Positions 21,196 to 31,736 are shown, counted from the first letter of the stretch. The stretch: DNA of 64,000 bases from Candidatus Bathyarchaeota archaeon (GCA_963807605.1 CAWECG010000001.1:320001-384000), one strand, 5' to 3'. Program-made: numbers and translations. Notes: generated by a model not told the origin, from the letters alone.

Positions 21196-22332
21196 TCAGG
21201 TTGAAGAGATGGTTCTCTCAGCGTTTTCTTCTACGGGCGCTAGTCTGGCGCCTACACGGTCCTCGAGAGCGTCCAATAGCTTCTCGAATGCAGGCTTATT
21301 CTTTATGATTAACTCAATCATCTCGTCAGCATTCTGCAACTGCGGACCCAAGGAGCCTCCGGATACTATGTTCAGGTATTTCTCAGCGATGCGGTACTGC
21401 TTGAGCGCCTTCGCCTTGTCCATGTAGAACTTGTCATACCCATTCGGATCCGTTGTGTGGCCCATCCAATGCTCAACATACTCAAGATCTAATCCGTCGC
21501 CTTTACCCTGCAAGTGCAAAAGAGTCCGGGCGACGTCTCTGAACTCGTGAAGACCGTAACCGTACCTGTTGCCTTTTGAGCCCCCTCCAGTCTTGATGTA
21601 CTTGAGCTTCTCGAGAGTGCGCTTGTGTCTGGCCCAGACTCCATCCTCGGTAATAGGTCCATGTTTGCTCTTGATGATGGGTTCGCCCTTCTTTGGATAG
21701 CCACGGATCCGCTCGAAGTATTCACGCCATGCATCCAGAGCATCATGACCAATGAAGGTGTGGTACTGAACCTTGTTCAGATTCTTCTTTCGACCTGGAA
21801 ACTCCATCCGGAAAGGCTCATCAACTCCCTTGGTCTGGAGATGCTCAGCCAAGGCCCCACCATATCTCTCGTTGAAGTACAGAAACCTCGCAGTGTCCAG
21901 AATCCCCATCCAATAGGTCAAATAGACAGCTTTGAAATCCAGGTCTGCAGCATTCACTAGCTTTCTGATAATCTCAGGCGTGAGGTTGCCCTGCACACAC
22001 TCTTTCGTCGCCTTGATGACAGGTTTGACGTCAGCCGGCAAAGAAGCCCTCGAAGACTTGAAAAACATTACAACAACAGAGTAGTAGGTTCGCTTGCTGT
22101 TGTAGGTTCCCTCACGTAATCCAATAGCCTGCTGCAGATGATCAAGCAGTAGAAACTGATCTTTCTTCTCAGCATCAGCCTGGAACTCTACAAGCTGGGA
22201 GTAACTCAGGCCCTTGAACCGGTCAACACTCTGCAGACTCTCCCAAAACCACTTCAAAATATGGAAACTATTGCTAGACTGATTGTACCTGGACAGAAAC
22301 TTGACTACCGCAGCATCCTCTCTGAGATCCAA
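21196..22332 (-). CDS. Tyrosine recombinase/integrase
   Basis: GLHEFRD (HxxR), EHWMGH, GYDK catalytic Tyr; first catalytic Arg region atypical (MGILDTARF). Confidence 0.8.
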   Translation of the reverse strand: MDLREDAAVVKFLSRYNQSSNSFHILKWFWESLQSVDRFKGLSYSQLVEFQADAEKKDQFLLLDHLQQAIGLREGTYNSKRTYYSVVVMFFKSSRASLPADVKPVIKATKECVQGNLTPEIIRKLVNAADLDFKAVYLTYWMGILDTARFLYFNERYGGALAEHLQTKGVDEPFRMEFPGRKKNLNKVQYHTFIGHDALDAWREYFERIRGYPKKGEPIIKSKHGPITEDGVWARHKRTLEKLKYIKTGGGSKGNRYGYGLHEFRDVARTLLHLQGKGDGLDLEYVEHWMGHTTDPNGYDKFYMDKAKALKQYRIAEKYLNIVSGGSLGPQLQNADEMIELIIKNKPAFEKLLDALEDRVGARLAPVEENAERTISST

Positions 22333-22391
22333 ACTCCACTCCCAAACAGACCCTACAGCACTCTAAGAACTTAACATTATCGTAGAGTTAA

Positions 22392-23483
22392 TCATTGTGA
22401 ACTTGACATTGCCAGCTTTGTTATGATCTTGCCTACTGTTTCTGTACCGGCTTTCCCACCCAGCTCGATTGGCAGCTCATCAGGCTTTGAACTCATGAGG
22501 TATTTTTCGACTGATCGTTCAATAGATTCGGCTGCGTCTTTGAGACGTTCGTCTTCATGATAGGTGCCTAGAAAATCAAGCATTAGGCCTGCCGAGGATA
22601 TTTGCCCCAACGGGTTTGCTTTATTGGTTCCAGCAATGTCGTATGCGCAGCCGTGTGTGGGCTCGAAATATCCGAGACGTTTTTCAGTATTGAAGTTGGT
22701 TGCTGCCGTCATTCCTAATCCTCCGGCTATCTGTCCTGCCAGGTCACTCAGCAGATCCGCGATAAGGTTTTCTGCCACTATAACATCGAATTTTTGTGGT
22801 TCCTTCACGAGTAATGCACATACGGCGTCTGCATACAGATCTCTTGCTTTGATCTCAGGGTAGTCTTTACTCACAGTTCTGAATATGTCTCTGAACATTC
22901 CATGTGTCTTACGGAAGATGTTTGCTTTGTGAGCAAGGACAACATCGCCCTTGCCTCCTCTGCTTAGCCTCTTCTCAGCCAGTTCAAATGAGAAGCGCGA
23001 GACTCTCTCACATGCCTTCTCAGTGTAGACTCCTACAGTCGTCCAGACGCCTGGGATAACCTCGTTTTCAAGGGAACGGTAAAGACCCTCGGTGTTCTCT
23101 CTGATGACCACCATGTCTATATCAGGTCTGAGAGCTGGAGGGGTTATCGATGGATATGATTTGGCCGGCCGAACATTGGCATACAAATCGAGATTGAATC
23201 TCAGCGCTTGAACCAAGTCTCGAGTTGTTTCCCCAACGGGTCCTTTGAGGCCTGCATCAGACTTCAAGAACGTTTCCAGAGATTTCTTGGGTACTGGTTC
23301 TCCAGTTTCTTCCTTGACTTTGTCCCCCATGGGTGCGTCAACGTATTCAAGTCTGAACTTGAATCTCCCCTCAACTGATTTCAGTACCCTCTTAGCCTCT
23401 CTCATAATGTCGGGGCCGATTCCGTCGCCGTCAATCTCAGCTATTACGTAAGTATTCTTCAATTTCATCAACCTCGATTCCAA
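22392..23483 (-). CDS. leuB: Isocitrate/isopropylmalate dehydrogenase family protein
   Basis: GDGIGP, LYANVRP, IRENTEGLY, HKANI, EPTHG, ANPLG; substrate not resolvable from sequence. Confidence 0.8.
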   Translation of the reverse strand: MESRLMKLKNTYVIAEIDGDGIGPDIMREAKRVLKSVEGRFKFRLEYVDAPMGDKVKEETGEPVPKKSLETFLKSDAGLKGPVGETTRDLVQALRFNLDLYANVRPAKSYPSITPPALRPDIDMVVIRENTEGLYRSLENEVIPGVWTTVGVYTEKACERVSRFSFELAEKRLSRGGKGDVVLAHKANIFRKTHGMFRDIFRTVSKDYPEIKARDLYADAVCALLVKEPQKFDVIVAENLIADLLSDLAGQIAGGLGMTAATNFNTEKRLGYFEPTHGCAYDIAGTNKANPLGQISSAGLMLDFLGTYHEDERLKDAAESIERSVEKYLMSSKPDELPIELGGKAGTETVGKIITKLAMSSSQ

Positions 23484-23580
23484 AGATGTTCTAGAGCGCT
23501 ATCATGTGATAAAAATCTGCGTAGTTTTCCTTCTTACACTACATGGTAAGGAATAAGCTTGTAGTCTCCGAATAGCGCGC

Positions 23581-24706
23581 TAGCCTCTTGCAATATTCTT
23601 GGGCTTAACATGAAGATGTATACGTGTTTTTGATCATAAGATCGATGAGCTTTACACCCGCTCATGCCGTTTCTGGTGAAAAAGGAGTGAGCGAGTGTAA
23701 GGCTCTGTATGATCTGTTTCAGGCTTTGGATTTAACGTTTGTAGAACAAGTCTTGGAAAGAAGCTATGGGAGAAGAAGCAGGGTCGGCAGACCCCATAGA
23801 AATTTACTTGGAATGTTCAAAGCAGAGCTCATCAAACGGCTAAGACGCATAGAAAGCTACGAGGAACTATACCGACTTCTATGGAGTGACGGTGAACTCT
23901 GCAGACTCTGCGACATCAAGGAGACCGAGAACCCGTATCACCCATCAATACTTCTGAGGTTTCGACGTAGAATAGGCCCTCAAGGATTTCACCGCCTCAT
24001 GAACCGTCTGATCAAACAGCTCGACCATACAGGTGTCTTGGACAGTGAAACCCTAGCTTTGGATGCGACGTTCATCAAAGCTTACAGTCGAAGAGATCCT
24101 CACAATACCCAGTGTGGATTATCTGATTCTGAAGCCAGATTACGAAAACAAGGTAGAAACGTGATCTTAGGCTACGGTATACACCTAGCTGTAGACACCG
24201 CCAGCGAGATGCCGGTGGCAGTCACAGTGGAGCCTGCAAACGTCAACGAAAAGAAGATCGCATCCCACCTACTCCATAAAACCTTGAAGTACAAACATAG
24301 GTGGAAGAGCGTGACTGCAGACTCACAATACTCCAGCGAATCCTTCAGGGATAAGGCAAGATCCATAAGTGTTGAGCCTGTCATCCCCTACCCCAAGAAC
24401 CAGATGAAAGGCAAAAGAGTTCTACGTGTTGACAGAAGATTCCACACCCACGGACCTGCAAGGCTGAGACGTCTCTACCGAAAACGATCCTCTGTTGAGA
24501 GAACCGTCTCACGATTGAAGACACACTTCGGACTGTGCCAACTTAGAACCCGAGGATTAAGAAACGTCCTGTCACATGTAGTCCTATGCTTGATCGCAAT
24601 GTTGACGGCTGCTCTATCAGCGATCAAACAAGGATACACCCACAGAATGCGGTCACCAGTCCAACTCATGAAATTGACAGGACTAAAGTAATATTGCAAG
24701 AGGCTG
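23581..24706 (+). mobile_element. IS copy 1 (1126 bp, IS4/IS5-superfamily DDE), 17-bp TIRs, GCGCGC target duplication
   Basis: TAGCCTCTTGCAATATT ... AATATTGCAAGAGGCTG flanked by GCGCGC at 23575 and 24707. Confidence 0.92.
23624..24691 (+). CDS. DDE transposase
   Basis: ALDAT / TADSQY / YRKRSSVER catalytic motifs. Confidence 0.92.
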   Translation: MFLIIRSMSFTPAHAVSGEKGVSECKALYDLFQALDLTFVEQVLERSYGRRSRVGRPHRNLLGMFKAELIKRLRRIESYEELYRLLWSDGELCRLCDIKETENPYHPSILLRFRRRIGPQGFHRLMNRLIKQLDHTGVLDSETLALDATFIKAYSRRDPHNTQCGLSDSEARLRKQGRNVILGYGIHLAVDTASEMPVAVTVEPANVNEKKIASHLLHKTLKYKHRWKSVTADSQYSSESFRDKARSISVEPVIPYPKNQMKGKRVLRVDRRFHTHGPARLRRLYRKRSSVERTVSRLKTHFGLCQLRTRGLRNVLSHVVLCLIAMLTAALSAIKQGYTHRMRSPVQLMKLTGLK

Positions 24707-24736
24707 GCGCGCCATGCAATTTGGGGGGCGTTTAAG

Positions 24737-24970
24737 TTACTGGTTGACTAGTTGGAATGCGCCGGTGGGACAAACATTGACACATGCGCCACCAAAGTCG
24801 CATACTTCAGGGTGAGCTATAACAGATTTCCGGCCCTTGCCTTCAATCTCTCGGAGCTCCATCACTTTAGGATCCGTTGGACACACGCTGAAGCATGCGC
24901 CGCAACCTATACATACATCTTCGTCAACGAACGGCCGCATCATATTGCACCGTAGCTGGTGCCATAACAT
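24737..24970 (-). CDS. Dicluster ferredoxin
   Basis: CIGCGAC..CP and CDFGGAC..CP. Confidence 0.85.
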   Translation of the reverse strand: MLWHQLRCNMMRPFVDEDVCIGCGACFSVCPTDPKVMELREIEGKGRKSVIAHPEVCDFGGACVNVCPTGAFQLVNQ

Positions 24971-25193
24971 ACCTCCTTCTATTAAGGATTCATTCCAGTA
25001 AATAAAGAGATGAGAATAATCCAGAAGATCGTGGTCGGATACTGCCGATCTCTCAGGAGGAATTTTCCACTCAAGTATAATGCTTATTCCTTTTGTCCGC
25101 CCAAGTCGATATCACATCAATTGGAACGCGCCCAGCAAGAATTTAGGCCACGTTATCTTACATGACATTTGGACGTCTTCAAGGGGATCCTGC

Positions 25194-26909
25194 ATGAAGA
25201 ATATTGAGGTTGCTAAGATCCTGAAGGAGATCTCTATCATTCTAGATATGGATAATGTTCCATTCAAGCCTAGATCTTACGAGAAAGCTGCCCGGTCGAT
25301 AGAGGCTCAGGAAGAGGATGTTGAGGAAATATACGCGAAAGGCGGAGTAAAAGCCCTCATGGAAATTCCCGGCGTAGGCCAAAGTATTGCTGAGAAGATA
25401 GAGGAGCTCATTCAGACTGGAAAGCTGCGATACTATGAAGAATTGAAAAGAAGGATCCCGGTTGATTTGGAAAGCCTCTCAAAGATAGAAGGCCTCGGAC
25501 CAAAGACGATCAAGGTTCTCTGGGAAAAACTGCAGATCCAAAACATTGATGATTTGGAAAAAGCTGCCCGTGCTCACAAAATCGCTAAATTACCGGGGTT
25601 TAAGGAGAAAACCGAGCAGAATATACTGAAAGGAATCGAATTTGCAAAAAGGAGTAGTGGCAGGCATATTCTCGGATATGCCCTCCCGTTAATTCGCACA
25701 ATAGAAGATCGATTGAAGTCGCTTCCTGACGTAGAGAGCGTTTCGGTAGCAGGCTCAGTGCGACGGATGAAAGAGACTGTGGGAGACGTCGACTTCCTTG
25801 TCATATCAGCCAAGCCTGGAAAGGTGATGGATTATTTCGTTTCAATGCCCGAGGTCGTCGATATCATAGGAAAAGGAGACACTAAATCATCTATCAGACT
25901 GAAGACAGGCATGGACGCTGATATTCGAGTATTACCCGAGGAGAGTTTCGGTGCAGCGCTGCAATATTTCACGGGCAGCAAAGACCACAACATCGCACTA
26001 AGACGAATTGCCCAAGAAGAAGGGATGAAACTGAGTGAATACGGCCTTTTCAAGAACGACAAACAGGTAGCGGGGCGAACTGAGGAGGAGGTTTATCGGA
26101 AATGCGGGCTTGCCTGGATTCCCCCAGAGTTGAGAGAGAATACTGGTGAGATAGAAGCTGCCATCAAGAACAGATTACCCAGATTGATCAATTATGCGGA
26201 TTTGAAGGGCGATCTTCAGGTTAATTCGACATGGACCGATGGCGCTCACTCGATAAGAGAGATGGCTGAAGAAGCGAAGAGGATAGGCATGGAGTATATC
26301 GCCATCACCGACCATGCCAAAACACTTGCTATGACTAGAGGTTTGGATGAGAAACGGTTGATGGAACAAGGGGAGGAGATAGACAAGGTAAACGAAGAGC
26401 TTACGGGAATAAAGATTCTGAAAAGCATAGAACTGAATATTCTGAAAGATGGCAGTGTTGATATCGCCGATGATGTCTTGGAGAAATTAGATGTGGTCGG
26501 GGCGGCGGTTCATTCTTATTTCAACTTAAGCCGGGAAGAGATGACAAAGAGGTTTTTGAGAACTATTGAAAATCCTAATGTCGACATCATCTTTCATCCC
26601 ACGGCTCGACAGATTCAGAGGAGAGATGCGATTCAGCTGGACATTGAAAGAGTCATCGAGGCGTCGAAAGATCAGGGGACAATTCTTGATATAGACTCAT
26701 TTCCCGATAGGTTGGATCTGAAGGATGAGTACATAAGAAAAGGAGTGCAAGCTGGGGTTAAGTTGGATATAAGTTCTGATTCACATAGCAAATCCCACTT
26801 TCGGTTCTTGGAGCTGGGTATAGCTCAGGCTAGAAGAGGATGGGCGACTGCGAAGGATATTGTTAACACTCGTGGAGTGGATGAATTCACAAAACTCTTA
26901 AAATCCTGA
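25194..26909 (+). CDS. polX: DNA polymerase X / PHP domain protein
   Basis: HhH motifs, GSVRR..GDVD, FTGSK.HN, C-terminal PHP (ITDH, SSDSH). Confidence 0.93.
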   Translation: MKNIEVAKILKEISIILDMDNVPFKPRSYEKAARSIEAQEEDVEEIYAKGGVKALMEIPGVGQSIAEKIEELIQTGKLRYYEELKRRIPVDLESLSKIEGLGPKTIKVLWEKLQIQNIDDLEKAARAHKIAKLPGFKEKTEQNILKGIEFAKRSSGRHILGYALPLIRTIEDRLKSLPDVESVSVAGSVRRMKETVGDVDFLVISAKPGKVMDYFVSMPEVVDIIGKGDTKSSIRLKTGMDADIRVLPEESFGAALQYFTGSKDHNIALRRIAQEEGMKLSEYGLFKNDKQVAGRTEEEVYRKCGLAWIPPELRENTGEIEAAIKNRLPRLINYADLKGDLQVNSTWTDGAHSIREMAEEAKRIGMEYIAITDHAKTLAMTRGLDEKRLMEQGEEIDKVNEELTGIKILKSIELNILKDGSVDIADDVLEKLDVVGAAVHSYFNLSREEMTKRFLRTIENPNVDIIFHPTARQIQRRDAIQLDIERVIEASKDQGTILDIDSFPDRLDLKDEYIRKGVQAGVKLDISSDSHSKSHFRFLELGIAQARRGWATAKDIVNTRGVDEFTKLLKS

Positions 26910-27066
26910 CAGCGCGCGCTATTCAAATTTCGTCTGCCAATGAGCTAGAAAGAACTGTTAAAGCACCGTCTGACGGCTGCTCCCTCAGAAGAGGAGGCAT
27001 GATAAACTAATGTATCACAGAAAATCTTGATAAATTCGCGTCTTGATATCTAATGTGTAAAGGCGT

Positions 27067-27897
27067 ATGGTTTCTAGAACTGTTTTAATTGCTGCGGTCA
27101 TTGTTGTACTGTTAGCGGTTGGCGGTTGCATGTACATTCTGAAATCTTTGACACCCGCTCCCGTGTCGACCCCAGCTACAGGAGAAAGCTCCGTATCGAC
27201 ATCTACGCCTGCTTCACCAACAGAATATAACATTACCACAGAAGACGTGACCTATTTTGCCAATACTACTGGCTATCTTGCAAAGCCAGCTGTATCCGGT
27301 AATTATCCCGGTGTGATAATGATTCACGAGTGGTGGGGACTTACAGAGAATATCAAGACGAAGGCTAGGCAACTTGCGTCGCAGGGCTACACTGTCTTAG
27401 CAGTTGACCTCTTCAATGGCGAGATTGCTACAACATCTGAGAGAGCGATGCAGCTTGTCTCTTCTCTCGATCAAAACAAGGCTCTGGAGAACATGAGATC
27501 GGCCATCGTGTATCTGAGAACCAGTGAAAATATCAGCAAGGTAGCCTCATTGGGTTGGTGCTTTGGTGGCGGACAGTCGCTACAGCTCGCTTTAAGCGGT
27601 GAAAGACTTGATGCTACAGTCATTTACTATGGGCAACCAGTTACTGATGAGTCGAAGTTGTCCTCCATAAATTGGCCTGTACTCGGCATTTTTGGCGATA
27701 AAGATATCACTATACCAGTCAGCAAGGTGAAGGAATTCAGTTCTATCTTAGATAAACTTGGAATCGAGAATGAAATCTATATTTATCCAGGTGTCGGCCA
27801 TGCTTTTGCAATCCCTTCTAATCCCAACTATGCTCCGAAAGAGGCTGCGGACGCGTGGGAGAGGACGTTGGTATTCCTCAACAAGTACCTCAAATAG
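27067..27897 (+). CDS. Dienelactone hydrolase family, N-terminal membrane anchor
   Basis: HEWWGL, GWCFGG, GHAF. Confidence 0.9.
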   Translation: MVSRTVLIAAVIVVLLAVGGCMYILKSLTPAPVSTPATGESSVSTSTPASPTEYNITTEDVTYFANTTGYLAKPAVSGNYPGVIMIHEWWGLTENIKTKARQLASQGYTVLAVDLFNGEIATTSERAMQLVSSLDQNKALENMRSAIVYLRTSENISKVASLGWCFGGGQSLQLALSGERLDATVIYYGQPVTDESKLSSINWPVLGIFGDKDITIPVSKVKEFSSILDKLGIENEIYIYPGVGHAFAIPSNPNYAPKEAADAWERTLVFLNKYLK

Positions 27898-28221
27898 CCT
27901 CTTTCTGAAGCAAACGTGAACTGGTCTATGTGATAGTTCATTCTCTCAACGGTTTTGTTGAAGCAGAGGCTAACCTTTAAGGAACGAGTAATAGCGTGTT
28001 AAGAATTCGATTGACTGTGACTTCGCCTAGCGCGCTATGCTGCGACACGCCAATAGCAAAGACTACGCGGACGTTGCATAATGCAGAGTGTCTTAGGTGA
28101 GAGCAGTAGTCGTGGCGATCCGTGTCCATCAACGACCGTTTAAATATGATTGCGCATCGTAATGGTCCGTAAGCTCCCAGAATTAAGGGACGCATCACCC
28201 CACAGCTGGGTTCAGAATCAC

Positions 28222-29421
28222 ATGGATTTGCTCTTAGATATCGCTTCATTCCTGATATATGCTATAGGCTCGATCCTGCTGGCCGCATCGATCTTCTACT
28301 TGATTACGGTGTGGAATGTAAGAAGACCCAAGCTGGAGTATACTTTCTTTCCAAGAGTGAGTTTGATGGCTTATGCTTGGCAGTCAGGGAACGTCATTGA
28401 AAGAAAAATCAACAACTTCCTTGAACAGGACTATCCACGAGACAGGTTTGAAGTCATAATATATGACAATGACTCGACTGATGAGACTAAGGACATTTGT
28501 CTCAAATATGAAAATTTGGGATTGATTAAGTACTATAGGTCGCTGAGAGCTTACGATAGGAAAGCCCCAGTTCTAGATCAAGCGATTGAAGTTGCCACGG
28601 GAGAGATAATAGCATTAACGGATCCGGATGGCGTGTGTGAGAGAGACTGGGTAAAGAAGATAGTTCAACCGTTCAAGGACCCTAAGGTTGGGGGTGTCGC
28701 CGGAATCACGCATTGCGGTAACTATTACGTGAATTTGTTCACGAAGCTGCGGGCGATAGAGGATGAATGGTGGTACAACATATCAGTTCTCGGAAAGAGT
28801 GGGAAGGTGAGGATTAGCAGTTTTGAACCGTTGTGTGGGGCTAACTACGCTTTAAGGAGAGCCGCTTGGGAGAGTGTGGGGAGAACCCATGGAAAAAGCC
28901 TGGTAGAAGACTATGAGATGACGTTGAGACTTTACGGAAAAGGTTGGAAGATGGCATGTGCCGATGCTAATGTTTGGCAGGAAGAGGTTGACGATGTGGG
29001 CGAGTACATAAGACAGAGAAGGAGATGGTATCAGTCCCCTATTCAGAAAATAGTTGAGGGCAAAGGGAAACTCGATAAGACGTTAGGGGCGCTTCCAATC
29101 TCGATGCAGGCGACAGCCTTTCTATCATTACTCTACTTAGTGATAGTATGTGGGTACCAGGCTATTCGTGATGGACTGGGGTTCTTCAGCCTTATCTTTG
29201 CCATGCCTCTCTTGCTCACGTACTTTGCTCTCGCACTTGGACTGATTAAAGTCGGCAAGGCCAGTTTGCTAAGGTATGTACCTCTTTTTTTGGCATTTGA
29301 TAGTGCATTGCAATTGATCATTTTCGCAGAGACAAAACTCAGATTCGGAGAAGAGCGACACTGGGTTCAGCTGGCCAAGGGAGAGTACTATCACTCGGGC
29401 GCCGCGATGAGAACGGACTAA
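28222..29421 (+). CDS. GT2 family membrane glycosyltransferase
   Basis: DNDSTD, TDPD, VED, QRRRW; TM helices. Confidence 0.9.
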   Translation: MDLLLDIASFLIYAIGSILLAASIFYLITVWNVRRPKLEYTFFPRVSLMAYAWQSGNVIERKINNFLEQDYPRDRFEVIIYDNDSTDETKDICLKYENLGLIKYYRSLRAYDRKAPVLDQAIEVATGEIIALTDPDGVCERDWVKKIVQPFKDPKVGGVAGITHCGNYYVNLFTKLRAIEDEWWYNISVLGKSGKVRISSFEPLCGANYALRRAAWESVGRTHGKSLVEDYEMTLRLYGKGWKMACADANVWQEEVDDVGEYIRQRRRWYQSPIQKIVEGKGKLDKTLGALPISMQATAFLSLLYLVIVCGYQAIRDGLGFFSLIFAMPLLLTYFALALGLIKVGKASLLRYVPLFLAFDSALQLIIFAETKLRFGEERHWVQLAKGEYYHSGAAMRTD

Positions 29422-29553
29422 CATCATCAAGCGCACGATGTCAGACCGATGTCATGACCGAATCTAGGCTTTAGTTCAACAATATCCTTGACCGCAATCA
29501 TAAGCTTGACACGGAAAAAAGGAAAAGGGATACTTCGCGCGCGCTAGCTCGTG

Positions 29554-30219
29554 CTAGTCTACCCATGTGGTAGCCTCTGTAACCTTCGGGCGCTCGATTG
29601 GAGGAGGGGTTGCGCTTGCATAGCCTATAAGACACCCGTCCAAAGCGAATTCCCCATACGGAATACTCAGTAAAGCACAAAACTGTCTATCTTCTGCCAT
29701 TTGTGCTGTCACTGAGAACAATCGGAATCCAAGACCTAGCGCGGTTGCCTTCAGCCACATGTTCTGCAGACAGTGTGCAAGAGACTGGAGTTCTACCGCT
29801 GGGATCCCCTTCCGCTCAGCAACTATGACATAGTACGGAGCCCTGCCAATATCGGGGATACCATGCTGACTCATCATTTCCAGTGTTCGTGCGAAAGCTC
29901 GCCCATGTTGTTGCAGGAAAGGATTCTGCTTCATTTGTCTACCAAATTGCTCACTTAGAATTGCTACTCTGCGCTTGATGACTTCGCTCAGCTGTTTTGT
30001 TACCTGACTATCACGCGGGACCACAACGAATCGGCGGTAGTCTTTTCCAGATACAGCCAATCCCGCAAACGGTGCTAGCTGACCAGCTCGAATAATCTGC
30101 TCGATGAGTGTCCTCGGCGGAATGTCGCGTTTGAACTCCCTAATTGTACGTCTTGCCTCAAGAATGTCGTCAAGTGCCTCATTGTGCTCCTTACTGGTAA
30201 CCGAAGCCATGAGTATCAT
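29554..30219 (-). CDS. Nitroreductase family protein
   Basis: RRTIREF, QNMWLKATALGLG. Confidence 0.88.
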   Translation of the reverse strand: MILMASVTSKEHNEALDDILEARRTIREFKRDIPPRTLIEQIIRAGQLAPFAGLAVSGKDYRRFVVVPRDSQVTKQLSEVIKRRVAILSEQFGRQMKQNPFLQQHGRAFARTLEMMSQHGIPDIGRAPYYVIVAERKGIPAVELQSLAHCLQNMWLKATALGLGFRLFSVTAQMAEDRQFCALLSIPYGEFALDGCLIGYASATPPPIERPKVTEATTWVD

Positions 30220-30334
30220 CCTCTAACCCTTACAGTCAGCAGAATAGCGCGTGCTAGTTGAAAAGTTTACCCAACATCAATCACTGTCGGATCTCTTGGT
30301 GCGCGCGCTACAAAGAACCGAGCTTTCAGTCGTT

Positions 30335-30931
30335 TCATAACTGAATATTGCTTGGAGCTGTGCGTTTGTGAGATTGGTTGTAGGCAATCTTCCGCCATCG
30401 CTTCTGCCAGCTCTTCCAACCGGTTTTCACAAGCTGCTCTCGAACCTTAGGGTCCTCGCTAACCCATTGAAGCAACGCCATAAACCTATTTCTTCCACTC
30501 TCTGGATCCAGCACCTTGGCAGGAACTCCCGTCTCCACACACCATTTGACGTAGCTTCTCTCGACCATTTCTTGAGGCTCTCCAGTCACCTCTACTTCTA
30601 CCAGGTTGTAGCCATTCTCATTCAAGTAGGCTCGAACTGCTGATAAAACGTACCCCGAGCAGACTTTGAACCGTGTGTATTTGTCAGCTCTCATCACCTC
30701 GATCATCTTGCGGACAATCTCAACAGCTTTCTCCAGGTACAGCTTTCTCTCGAATAATGGAGGCTGGAAGAATGTCACTGGAATCCTCCTCGCCATATAC
30801 CGTCCAGATGACAGTTTCAAGCCGCCTACAACAACGCCAAGAAGCAGATCTCCCCAGCCGCTGTCATCAATCACTATGTCGTCTGCTGTTCTTCGAAATC
30901 TATCCAAAGTAGTCGTCTTCAGTGCATCCAA
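30335..30931 (-). CDS. Conserved hypothetical protein, possible RNase H-like fold
   Basis: IVIDDSGWGDLLLGVVVG resembles the RNase HII first motif. Confidence 0.55.
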   Translation of the reverse strand: MDALKTTTLDRFRRTADDIVIDDSGWGDLLLGVVVGGLKLSSGRYMARRIPVTFFQPPLFERKLYLEKAVEIVRKMIEVMRADKYTRFKVCSGYVLSAVRAYLNENGYNLVEVEVTGEPQEMVERSYVKWCVETGVPAKVLDPESGRNRFMALLQWVSEDPKVREQLVKTGWKSWQKRWRKIAYNQSHKRTAPSNIQL

Positions 30932-31152
30932 CCAACCTCAGGCTTCGTAGCTTTTCTCGTTGAGGTTGAAACCGAAGATCCTGATTAAAAAAGTGTAAGC
31001 ATACTTTGCCTATTATGCATTGTTTCCTTGGGATTCCAGCTACAGACCAACGCGCGCTAGAGGTACTTCATGTTCTCTTTCAGGAATAGTTTGTCGGCTC
31101 TGTTCGGTTTGTAGCTGTTCGATGAGGTTGTTCGGCATCGGCGGATGTCTAT

Positions 31153-31599
31153 TCAGAGCATCCTGTATCGTGGACCCCAATACAGATAGCTGGCCGCCAT
31201 TACAAGTGCTGTAATAGCGATGATTGGAAAAACCATGGACCATGTCATCCTATGCTCTGGTTTTGCTAATACAAGTATCACCGTCATAATAGATATGGTA
31301 ACGGCGGCTACGATAAGCATTCTAGTAACGAAACTTATCATATGCGCCTTCGGGTTTGTCGAGCGCTGCCCCGCAAACATGGCTAGAGTGAGGACTAGAA
31401 TTACTGCGCCCACGAAGGCAATGCTGTTTCCTGTGGGCGTGATGTAGATGTTTGTTCCCTGAAAAGTGTGATAGTACGTGAGGCTTGAGTTAGCGGGAAT
31501 CATAGGAGTAGAGCCAAAATCGAGAGTTCGAATGTACAACCCGACAAGAATCAAAACACATCCAAGAATTAGGAGTGACGCAACAATTCGTTTGCTCAT
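31153..31599 (-). CDS. Membrane protein (4 TM)
   Basis: Hydrophobic segments; coupled to upstream RHH gene. Confidence 0.6.
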   Translation of the reverse strand: MSKRIVASLLILGCVLILVGLYIRTLDFGSTPMIPANSSLTYYHTFQGTNIYITPTGNSIAFVGAVILVLTLAMFAGQRSTNPKAHMISFVTRMLIVAAVTISIMTVILVLAKPEHRMTWSMVFPIIAITALVMAASYLYWGPRYRML

Positions 31600-31736
31600 T
31601 TCTTTCCCGCCCTCTTGCCGAGATATTCTCGAAGTGCTTCGTTGAAAATCGCGGTGTCCGTTTTGTCATGCTCTATAGCGTAGTGTTGCGTTTCTCGAAG
31701 AAGACTCTTTGGTAATCGGAAGGTTGTTTTCGTCAT
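31596..31736 (-). CDS. Ribbon-helix-helix (CopG-like) protein
   Basis: MTKTTFRLPKSLL...IFNEALREYL. Confidence 0.7.
   Translation of the reverse strand: MTKTTFRLPKSLLRETQHYAIEHDKTDTAIFNEALREYLGKRAGKK

Noticed and set aside
25194-26909. PolX as the casposon polymerase
   Set aside because: Casposons use family B polymerases; polX is separated from cas1 by leuB and an IS
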